A model generated the notes under the pieces. That model worked only from the letters and a program-made list of their open reading frames with translations. It had not been told where the DNA came from and searched no databases. Position numbers and translations under genes: made by a program. 64,000 bases of DNA from Fimbriimonadales bacterium (GTDB taxonomy: Bacteria; Armatimonadota; Fimbriimonadia; Fimbriimonadales; JABRVX01): NCBI GenBank assembly GCA_045862955.1, contig BTVI01000009.1, positions 34,814 to 98,813 on the forward strand, written 5' to 3'. Shown piece by piece: positions 19,770 through 28,926 of the stretch (position 1 is its first letter; each line of letters begins with the position of its first letter).

Positions 19770-20149
19770 CAATAGGGGGAGTCTAGGCCGTGCGCCGAAA
19801 CCCCTCATTGCGGTCTGCGGGACTCTTCGGCCCCTGCCTAGTTGAACCTGGCTTGCCGAAGAGTCCCGCAGAATCGACCACTTTTGAGAGTCTTTTTATG
19901 TACGGATTGCAACGAAAAGGACCTGGTATAGGTCTTCGACCTCTCGGACCGGGACTCGACTGGGCCAAAATCTGGCTTCGAATCGGCGCGAATCCCCTAG
20001 TCCTCTTGGTAAGCTCTACTTCCTTTTGGCCCGATTTGCGGGACTCTCCCCCCTTTTCGAGCTGTTTTGAGAGTCCCGCACCGGTTCAAAGGTTGACTTC
20101 TCACCACTTTTTGGGGAAGAATCGAACCTGGATGGGGCAAAGAGATGCG
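19770..20149 (+). promoter_or_regulatory. CRISPR leader 1 with two inverted-repeat pairs and a putative sigma70 promoter
   Basis: TGCGGGACTCT/AGAGTCCCGCA pairs at 19816/19860 and 20037/20070; TTGACT-N18-AAGAAT near the repeat; homologous to the leader at 63440-63782. Confidence 0.8.
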
Positions 20150-23100
20150 GTCGCAGCAACCTCCCCGCTAACAAGGGGACTGAAACGTTAATAGTACAAC
20201 CCCATAACTCTAAGGCTTTCTAATTATAACGTCGCAGCAACCTCCCCGCTAACAAGGGGACTGAAACGTCCGATTCGAAGCCATCGGACTGCGCAATCGA
20301 GAGTACGTCGTCGCAGCAACCTCCCCGCTAACAAGGGGACTGAAACAGGCTCGACGGGGAACTTGTCGTCTTGCCAGATGTACGTCGCAGCAACCTCCCC
20401 GCTAACAAGGGGACTGAAACTCCAAACACGACATAGGTCAGACTGATTCCTACCGAATTGATGAAGTCGCAGCAACCTCCCCGCTAACAAGGGGACTGAA
20501 ACGCACCTGACGGTGGGCGGTTACGGCCGATCGCCAGTCCGAGTCGCAGCAACCTCCCCGCTAACAAGGGGACTGAAACGCCAGCAGCTCGGCCCGGAGC
20601 TTCTCTAACATGTGTCTTCTGTCGCAGCAACCTCCCCGCTAACAAGGGGACTGAAACTTCTGATTCTCCTTCAGGATTGTCGTGATGACGTTGTCAAGGG
20701 TTGCGTCGCAGCAACCTCCCCGCTAACAAGGGGACTGAAACGCGGTGTTACAGGAGGACTGGGACGGCCAGGAGTTTTTGGAGTCGCAGCAACCTCCCCG
20801 CTAACAAGGGGACTGAAACGCACACCGCGTCTCCGCCAAAGCCGTGTCCCATGTTGGTTACGTCGCAGCAACCTCCCCGCTAACAAGGGGACTGAAACCG
20901 CGATAATCCTGCAAACCACTTGCAGAACCGATTCGCCAACGTCGCAGCAACCTCCCCGCTAACAAGGGGACTGAAACGAGGGGTGGTTCTTCAAGTCACG
21001 TGACGAGTGGGCTGAAGAGACCGGTATGAGTCGCAGCAACCTCCCCGCTAACAAGGGGACTGAAACAGGGACCGTGCCATCCGTGGTTGCGTACACGGTT
21101 GCGTGTCGCAGCAACCTCCCCGCTAACAAGGGGACTGAAACTTCTGGCGGTCAATCCCGGAAAGGCGGCTAAGGTCAGGGTCGCAGCAACCTCCCCGCTA
21201 ACAAGGGGACTGAAACCGACTGCACGCTGCCGTGGTTCAGGATCCCCAGCAGGTTGGGCGCGGGTCGCAGCAACCTCCCCGCTAACAAGGGGACTGAAAC
21301 CAAGAAGGGGCACGCGCGAGGCTGCGCAAGCTTGGCGTGCTGGTCGCAGCAACCTCCCCGCTAACAAGGGGACTGAAACGCGTGCTACCCAGTAGGACCT
21401 ATCAGCGAGCGGGCCGTTAGGTATCGGGTCGCAGCAACCTCCCCGCTAACAAGGGGACTGAAACAACAACGTTGGAACTGGCTTAGGACGTTGACGTCCT
21501 AGACTTGTCGCAGCAACCTCCCCGCTAACAAGGGGACTGAAACGGCGAAGTAGGCCTCGAAGTAGTGGAGGCATGCCTCCGGGTCGCAGCAACCTCCCCG
21601 CTAACAAGGGGACTGAAACAAAACTTGGAGACGGTATGTTTAGTATCCTAATCAATTCGTCGCAGCAACCTCCCCGCTAACAAGGGGACTGAAACATAAA
21701 GTGTCCGAGTTCCTCCAAAACAGCTAGCGCGGCCTCCTCGTCGCAGCAACCTCCCCGCTAACAAGGGGACTGAAACAACGCATCGTGGATTTTCTTGACA
21801 ACAACCGCAGGCAGAAAGTCGCAGCAACCTCCCCGCTAACAAGGGGACTGAAACTGGAGGAGCTAGGGCGACTTTGGACGGCCCCGCTGGATCGTCGCAG
21901 CAACCTCCCCGCTAACAAGGGGACTGAAACGGGAGCTCGAGGGAGCTCGCGCGGGAGCTCGCGCGGGGGGAGCGTCGCAGCAACCTCCCCGCTAACAAGG
22001 GGACTGAAACGTAGCACGTACCGTCTACGACCTTGCGGCCGCAGCCGGGTCGCAGCAACCTCCCCGCTAACAAGGGGACTGAAACCTCGTTCGCCTTGGC
22101 GAGGGCGCTGTCGGCCTGAGCCTTAAGGGTCGCAGCAACCTCCCCGCTAACAAGGGGACTGAAACAACCTAGCTACTAGCCGCTCGAAGTCGTGGCCCTT
22201 GCGCCTATTGGGTCGCAGCAACCTCCCCGCTAACAAGGGGACTGAAACTCACGGACGCCCCACCTTCCTGCCCCCGGCGGGCCCACCGTCGCAGCAACCT
22301 CCCCGCTAACAAGGGGACTGAAACGTAGCGCGGTCCCACCACAGGGAGTGGGCGAGCCGTCCAACGGTGTCGCAGCAACCTCCCCGCTAACAAGGGGACT
22401 GAAACTATCCGTATGTGATCACGGCGTGCCCGGATGGAGAGGGGTCATGTCGCAGCAACCTCCCCGCTAACAAGGGGACTGAAACGGCTGCTTGAGCTTA
22501 AGCTCAAGCTAGCCGCCCTAGGCGTGAACCCGGGTCGCAGCAACCTCCCCGCTAACAAGGGGACTGAAACGTTCCACAGGTGCTTTGTGACGATTACTGG
22601 CTCAGTTACAGCTGTCGCAGCAACCTCCCCGCTAACAAGGGGACTGAAACCCATCCTTTTGGTGTGCCGCCTCGCCCCCGGCGCAGGCGATGGGGGTCGC
22701 AGCAACCTCCCCGCTAACAAGGGGACTGAAACCTCTTGCTAGGTATGCCATGCCAAACAGTATCGCCGCAGGTCGCAGCAACCTCCCCGCTAACAAGGGG
22801 ACTGAAACTTAGGCCGTTCCGCCAGCGGCGGTAGAGGACCTCCTCGTACATAAAGTGGTCGCAGCAACCTCCCCGCTAACAAGGGGACTGAAACCAACTC
22901 CCGTAGTTCTGCCGGCGCTAATCCCTTCACACTGTCCGTCGCAGCAACCTCCCCGCTAACAAGGGGACTGAAACGGGGCGGCGTGGAGTACCACTCCGCG
23001 TGGAGACTGGTGGACGTGTCGCAGCAACCTCCCCGCTAACAAGGGGACTGAAACGCATGCGCGCGCGATGACACAAGGACGCACGAGAATGCGTCGCAGC

Positions 23101-23286
23101 AACCTCCCCGCTAACAAGGGGACTGAAACAAATCTGCCGAAACCTCTTCTATCGGCGGATATTATGATCTTGGTCGCAGCAACCTCCCCGCTAACAAGGG
23201 GACTGAAACATTGACCGAACGCCTGCCAACACGGCCTATTGTTTGGACCGTCGCAGCAACCTCCCCGCTAACAAGGGGACTAGAAC
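20150..23286 (+). CRISPR. CRISPR array 1: 40 repeats of 37 bp, 39 spacers of 37-52 bp
   Basis: Repeat GTCGCAGCAACCTCCCCGCTAACAAGGGGACTGAAAC counted by eye; last copy (23250) ends ACTAGAAC; orientation from leader position and GAAAC 3' end. Confidence 0.98.
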
Positions 23287-23335
23287 TATATACACCATGC
23301 AGCGCTGCACTAACTAACAGTGGGGGTTGTAGGCG

Positions 23336-23662
23336 ATGAACTACGCGCAACGTTGCCCTAAGTGTGGGCAGATGAACGCATCGTGGGTGACTATATGTAT
23401 TAGGTGTGCGACGCCGCTACCTAAAATAGGGATGCCACCCGCCCGGAGCAAACAGCGTGGGGGGCGTTTTTGGCTCGTCCTCGCTGCTATCCTGTTCCCG
23501 ATGTTCGGCCTAATCGGGGGCGGAATAGCTATGCTCCTCGGAGACGAAGATCTCAAAGAGACCGGCTATATGATGGTAGTCGCCGCGGTAATTGTGGTGC
23601 TCGTGGTAATAGTGGCCGCCGTGATACTGCTCGCCGTAATAGCTAACACACTCCCACAATAG
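23336..23662 (+). CDS. Small zinc-ribbon membrane protein (two predicted TM helices)
   Basis: CPKC..CIRC followed by two long hydrophobic stretches. Confidence 0.7.
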   Translation: MNYAQRCPKCGQMNASWVTICIRCATPLPKIGMPPARSKQRGGRFWLVLAAILFPMFGLIGGGIAMLLGDEDLKETGYMMVVAAVIVVLVVIVAAVILLAVIANTLPQ

Positions 23663-24278
23663 GTAGCCGATTGTCTACATGTATATAGTCGCTTATGCTT
23701 ATCTATACCGGAAATGTTCTACCTGTATGTAAGCGAAGACCTACTATGCCTCACGCATTCTAGGGGGGCTAGAAGGGGAAGAGATAGACAAAGGGGGGAA
23801 TTACACAGGTTTGGTGCACCGTAGTGGTCCTGAATAAAGGCCGGATGGAGTATACTGAAGAAGATGAGGGGTGTAGGCGGGGTACACATAAACAGGGAAT
23901 CGTGCCGATTCTTGTTTGTACCGGGCGTGACTGCACAGTTTTCGGGTACCGAAATTGAAAGGCAGCGTTTCAAAACGGATTGCACACTGAACGAGGGTAA
24001 GTGGAACCTACCGGGTTTGGTGAGGACTATGTTTGATACGGAATTAGGGCCGGGGGGACACCCGCCGATAGCAGAAGGGCAGGCTCTTCGCCGTACCTAT
24101 ACGCTCCGTGACGAAGACAGTGTCCTTGCGTTGTCCGCAGCGTATCCCGGAGGTTGACGCCCCGTCACGGACGAGGCTGGAGATGCCGCCTCGTACTGCT
24201 CTCGCGCAACGGTTTGTAGATGCTTGGGCTTCGTGTGCTCGGACAGTTTGGAAGGGGAGCGACACAGAGCGAATACCT

Positions 24279-24850
24279 GGGAGGTAAAAAAACGAGACAC
24301 GGTCTGACCACGATTGGCCTTTCTTTTTGCGCTCGTAGCTAGTGCACAGTTCTCGGGTAGAGGCCGGACAGAGGACTGCAGGCCCGTATTACGAACCGGA
24401 TAAGGGTAAATGGCAAGGCGTGGGGCGTAACTATGTCGCCGGTTCGTATCACGTCAACCTGGGGATCACGACGATTACGGCCTCTTTGGACGCAATGACT
24501 GGGACGGATATCACCATTTCCGGAGACTGGTCAGCCGGAATAGAGTGGCCGGGCCTATGCAAGGCATCGGTTACTTTCCGAGGCTCGGAAACCATCTCGG
24601 AGCACGCCTCGACGAAGGTTTCGGTACCTATCCCGCCATGTGGTTGGGGAGAGACGGAGATCTACAAAGAAGGCTGAAAGCAGCGCTGTTATTGCCAGGT
24701 GTACTATACCTATTCAGTGCAGGAGCCTTCGAGAACTCGTGTGGAATGGCGCTACTGGACTGAGACGAGCTCTGGAAAGCTGAAGGATCAGTCTAGGTGC
24801 CAGAAGGCAGATGCGAATGTTGGTCTCATACCTGGTTCTGGGGCTGATGA
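24279..24850 (+). pseudogene. Probable frameshifted remnant of a secreted protein
   Basis: GGAGGT RBS followed by ACG instead of ATG; signal-like sequence breaks frame near 'AQFSG'; protein-like segment at 24342-24677. Boundaries approximate. Confidence 0.35.
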
Positions 24851-24862
24851 GAAGGTAAAGCC

Positions 24863-25759
24863 ATGATGGTTCCGGTGTGGTTGTTCTACTTAGTGGTAGT
24901 TCAGGCTCTTTTGCCGTCCGATTTAGCTACTCGTCTGGACATTCTTGCTGGGGATGATGGAACCATCGTTGCCGGCATGAATAGCCAGCAGCTCGCTAAG
25001 ATATCCTGGGCTTATAGCTTGGAACAGGTGGCGAAAGAGCAGGGGATGGTGCTGCTAAGAGGGGAAAACGGGATCTCTTGGCTCAAACCGAAAAAGGAAA
25101 AAGAGAGTGAAGAGGATCTGGAGTTTCTGCTCTCTTACCTGCCTTCGAACCTACTCGGAAAGGGTCTTCCCCTTGGAGAGTTTCCACAGGAGGTGCAAAA
25201 TTGGGTGGTGGAGAGGCTTGCCGCCGAAGAAAATCCGATTCTGCAGTCTACGGATATCCTGCTGGAAATAGGCTATGCACCGTACGTAGAGGTACGTAAG
25301 GGGTCTGAGGTAATCGAGCGGGTATTCCTGTTGCCGCATCTTGAAAACAGTGATAACGACACTGGTTTCGGTGCTGGTGGTGGTGGGGGATACCGTTTGT
25401 ACCTAGTTACTCCCTTAGCAGAAGAGGGAAAGGTATACGAGACGCTCGTAGGGCCGGTTGTGTTTTTTGGGAGGCCGCCCAATTTGAATGACGTCTCTAT
25501 GTATGCCGCGTGGTTGTATACACCATTGACGAGGGAGGCCATTCGGAGTGCCGCCCAGAAATTCCAGTCGGCATTCTGGGGAATCTCGGATAGTGTCAAA
25601 TTTACTGCCGCGGATATGTCCCCGGCGCAGAGGGAGGAACTCTTCTCACAAATGGAGTTCGAACCCCTGGAGACGTATACCTACCAGTTCGTACCCAGTT
25701 TTCGTGTTCAAGTAATCTGTCCAGAGCTCCAATCAATAAGGAGCTTCTTTCTACCTTAG
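24863..25759 (+). CDS. Hypothetical protein with hydrophobic N-terminus (possibly exported)
   Basis: 298-aa ORF with AAGGT RBS, acidic composition, lower GC than flanks; family not recognised. Confidence 0.65.
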   Translation: MMVPVWLFYLVVVQALLPSDLATRLDILAGDDGTIVAGMNSQQLAKISWAYSLEQVAKEQGMVLLRGENGISWLKPKKEKESEEDLEFLLSYLPSNLLGKGLPLGEFPQEVQNWVVERLAAEENPILQSTDILLEIGYAPYVEVRKGSEVIERVFLLPHLENSDNDTGFGAGGGGGYRLYLVTPLAEEGKVYETLVGPVVFFGRPPNLNDVSMYAAWLYTPLTREAIRSAAQKFQSAFWGISDSVKFTAADMSPAQREELFSQMEFEPLETYTYQFVPSFRVQVICPELQSIRSFFLP

Positions 25760-26165
25760 TCCTTATAAGGCCGGGCGGGGGTCCACTGTGTGGTGGCCCG
25801 GGCCCGGTAAAGCGCTCATGGTAACGATCCTCATCAAGAGTAATAACGGAGAGGTCGCGGCCTAGCTTTACCATAGGGGAAAGAGGTAGAGAACGAACCT
25901 CTTCGTCGGGGGCTGTCTTAACCCGGTAGTTCCCTGTGTGCGTTTAACACCTCCGGCTACTTGGGTACATGGTAAGTTGGTTTATGAGGCGCCGCCGCAG
26001 GCGGAAGATGGTCTGCAGGCGCTGCAAGACGACAGTGTTCTTCTCGTTCAACGGGATATGCCTCTACTGTAAGGCCGTCATTCCGATGGAGCCCGAACTG
26101 CAAGAAAGTCGCACTGGCCACCCCACTAACAACGCATCTTGACTCGGATCCTAGGAAGGGTTTTT

Positions 26166-26548
26166 CCATGCCTAGACGTTTCGGCTGTCGTCTGCCACCA
26201 CGCTCTCACCCAGCGCCCCCCGAGCAGCCGAACGTCGAGGCACCCAACGTCCGCGGATGGTGATAGCACCCTCACCCCAGCCCTCTCCCTCTAAAGAGGG
26301 AGAGGGAGGGAGACACCACCCCCCAGCTGCCTCGGCGCGGTCCTCGGGTCCGAGGCATGCCTTCCCATGCCTAGACGTTTGGGCTGTCGTCTGCCACCAC
26401 GCTCTCACCCAGCGCCCCCCGAGCAGCCGAACGTCGAGGCACCCAACGTCCGCGGATGGTGATAGCACCCTCACCCCAGCCCTCTCCCTCTGAAGAGGGA
26501 GAGGGAGGGAGATACCACCCCCCAGCTGCCTCGGCGCGGTCCTCGGGT
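26166..26548. repeat. Tandem 184-bp direct repeat (period 199) containing a REP-like palindrome
   Basis: 26166-26349 and 26365-26548 are near-identical; each contains CCCTCACCCCAGCCCTCTCCCTCT..AGAGGGAGAGGG. Confidence 0.9.
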
Positions 26549-26553
26549 TCACT

Positions 26554-27154
26554 TCATACCCTCGGTGCTGCTAGTCGCCGGACGCGGGCCGGGCCATGGA
26601 AAGGTTCCTTGTCGCTGCGGTGCCCTTCCACGAACAGCGCGAACAGCGCCTCCGACATCGCGAGCAGCTCCTTCACCCCCACCGAGTTCTCGAACCGGGA
26701 AAGCGTCGGCTGGCTGGCAATGCCGTCTTTGCCCACAGCGACCTGGAACATCGGGTCGCCCCGAAGCGAGTCGAAGTCGTTGCAGTCCTCGTACCCCATC
26801 GCGATTGCGAAAACACGCTCAGCAGCATAACGTCATGCTGAGCCTGTCGAAGCAGCGGGCAGGGGTGTGCCTCCAACGCTTTCCCCGCCGCCCGCTCGGC
26901 AGGCACGCCCCGAGCCGCTGCGTCCGTCCCAATCGTCTGTCCACCTGCTTCAGAAGTAGCAGCCCGGCGTCCGAAGACACCTTCCCGGCATCGAAAGCGA
27001 GCGCGATCTCACGATTGTCAAAAGGAAGAACGAAGTCGGCGGTCGAAGTGCTCATCTGGGGTGCCTCCTGTCGCAGGTTAGCGGTTTCAACTACCTACTC
27101 GACAAGAAACGGAGTGCACCCCTCTTGAACCTGTCACGAATGATCCGGGCTAGG
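26554..27154 (-). mobile_element. IS1380-family transposase remnant (frameshifted and truncated) with probable left end
   Basis: 'FDAGKVSSDAGLLLL' (26819-27055) and 'GYEDCNDFDSLRGDP..ASQPTLSRFEN' (26554-26799) lie in different frames; CCCGGATCATTC end-like sequence on the minus strand near 27148. Confidence 0.8.
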
Positions 27155-27156
27155 TA

Positions 27157-27193
27157 GTCGCAGCAACCTCCCCGCTAACAAGGTGCCTCAAAC
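27157..27193 (+). CRISPR. Orphan degenerate CRISPR repeat
   Basis: GTCGCAGCAACCTCCCCGCTAACAAGGTGCCTCAAAC, 34/37 identical to the array 1 repeat. Confidence 0.9.
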
Positions 27194-27275
27194 GGCTTCG
27201 ACGACGGGAGCACATTAGTTTGGTCTGGCGTTTGGCGTCGCGCCTGTCCTCGGCGTCGAAGCCGTTTCAGGCACC
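27182..27275 (+). repeat. Inverted repeat overlapping the 3' end of the orphan repeat
   Basis: 27182-27203 pairs with 27254-27275 at 21 of 22 positions. Confidence 0.88.
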
Positions 27276-27526
27276 CGCACACGCAGCGGCCGCCAGATTG
27301 GTGCAGGCACACGCCTCGACGTGGTACGCCTCACCGGCCGCGTGGCATGCGAATCGGCCATCCGAGGCACCAATCCGCCATGCTGTCGAGGCATAAAAGC
27401 CGCTCAGGTACTCGGTCCAAGCTCGTGCTTAGGTCGCCTCTGTAACCCTAGACGCCGAGCAAGCCCGCGCATCATACTTTCCAAGGCATGCTGTGCTACA
27501 ATATGTTCGAAGCATAGGAGATCTAT

Positions 27527-28828
27527 ATGGCACGTGTCCTTATCCTAACCGTCGGCGGCAGCTCTCAGCCGATCGTTACCGCGATCCGAGAACTAAAGCC
27601 AGACCGCGTGTTGTTCATTTGCTCCGCAGAAAGCAAGAAGCAGGTGATGGGAGAGGGATCACCCTGCCAGCATCATAAAGGCGATGATGTCCAATCTTGC
27701 CCTAACATCGTCGAGCAGGCTGGCCTGCGAGACCGCTTCGTTGCCGAGAGGGACGTTCTCGTGCTAGAGCACGTCGACTCGCTGGAGTACTGCTACGAGA
27801 CCATCGCGACCACAATCCGCAACCTGATAAACGAGGAGCCATCCTCCGAAGTGCTTGCCGACTTCACGGGTGGCACGAAGACGATGTCGGTGGCACTCGC
27901 CATGGCAGGGTTCGACCTAGGAGTAACACTTTATATCGAAGCCGGCCCGCGCGCAGACCTCCATAGAGTTCGAGGTGGGGAGGCGCCGCTGCTGGTGGGA
28001 ACTGCGGCGCTACGGGCAGAGCGCGTTCTGAATCAATGGGTTCCAGGCTTGCTCGAACAGTATAACTACGCGGGAGCGGTGGCACAGCTGGACCGGTTGC
28101 TGCGGTCCGCCTCTCTCAGCGCCGATCTGCAGTCCATCGTAAGTCGCCATAGGGAAGTATGCAAGGCTTTCGAGGCATGGGACTGTCTGGACTACGAAAT
28201 TGCACTAGGCTTCTTAGAATTACACATGAAAGAACCGGTGCTGAAGGGGTTCGGCATCTTCCTGCGCAAGGTGATATCAGCGCGGCAAGCGATGTGCTCA
28301 CCTGGTTCGATTCGTAGCACTGGCAAGTGCACAGGATATGAGATTGTCGAGGACCTCGTCCGAAACGCGGAGCGGCGCGCAGCAGCCTTGCGGTATGACG
28401 ATGCGGTCGCGCGTCTGTACCGAGCTCTAGAGCTGACGGCGCAGGTGCGCCTTCGCACCGCCCACGACCTCGACACCAGCAACGTGAGTGTAGAGCGACT
28501 ACCGTCGGCGCTTCGGCAGCGCTACGAGAACCGACGCTCCGGGACCGGGCGGGTTCAGGTAGGACTCGTGGACGCCTTCGACCTCTTAGAGGAACTGGAG
28601 GACGAGGCTTCGGCCGAGGCGTGGCGTGAGAGCCGAGAGAAGGTTATGGACGTGCTAAACGTGCGCAACAACAGCTTGATGGCGCACGGGCTGAAGCCCA
28701 TCTCGGAGGAGGAGTACAGGTGCGTCCGCGATAGCCTGATGGAACTGATCGAGCGCGTGATCGGACGTGCGACCAACCGTGACCCGGCGATCACCGCTCC
28801 GCAACTCCCGACGGAACTGGTCATCTGA
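27527..28828 (+). CDS. CARF-HEPN ribonuclease, Csm6/TIGR02710-like
   Basis: CARF motifs 'LTVGGSSQP' and 'ADFTGGTKTMS'; 'RYDDAVARLYRALEL'; HEPN RxxxxxxH 'RNNSLMAH'; AGGAG RBS and upstream TGCTACAAT extended -10. Confidence 0.88.
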   Translation: MARVLILTVGGSSQPIVTAIRELKPDRVLFICSAESKKQVMGEGSPCQHHKGDDVQSCPNIVEQAGLRDRFVAERDVLVLEHVDSLEYCYETIATTIRNLINEEPSSEVLADFTGGTKTMSVALAMAGFDLGVTLYIEAGPRADLHRVRGGEAPLLVGTAALRAERVLNQWVPGLLEQYNYAGAVAQLDRLLRSASLSADLQSIVSRHREVCKAFEAWDCLDYEIALGFLELHMKEPVLKGFGIFLRKVISARQAMCSPGSIRSTGKCTGYEIVEDLVRNAERRAAALRYDDAVARLYRALELTAQVRLRTAHDLDTSNVSVERLPSALRQRYENRRSGTGRVQVGLVDAFDLLEELEDEASAEAWRESREKVMDVLNVRNNSLMAHGLKPISEEEYRCVRDSLMELIERVIGRATNRDPAITAPQLPTELVI

Positions 28829-28926
28829 CAATTCGTGACGCCAGGTGCACGTAGACTCTCTCCGTCCTTCATGAAACAGGAAACGCTGATTCGTGCATCG
28901 AACTCGAGGCTAACAAGGTCTGGAAG

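Noticed and set aside
21931..21973. Spacer with internal GGGAGCTCG repeats as a nested element
   Set aside because: Normal spacer length; most simply a low-complexity coding protospacer (antisense reads PRELPRELPR).
20187..23249. Self-targeting or duplicated spacers
   Set aside because: None was noticed by eye within the window. An exhaustive alignment was not possible, so this is unconfirmed rather than excluded.
20224..23350. Many short ORFs with recurring 'VAATSPLTRGLK' or 'FSPLVSGEVAAT' peptides
   Set aside because: These are translations of the CRISPR repeats, not genes.
27157..27275. Orphan repeat or hairpin as a tracrRNA for a class 2 system
   Set aside because: No Cas9, Cas12 or Cas13 ORF is present in the window, and the complementary arm pairs in cis with its own repeat end.
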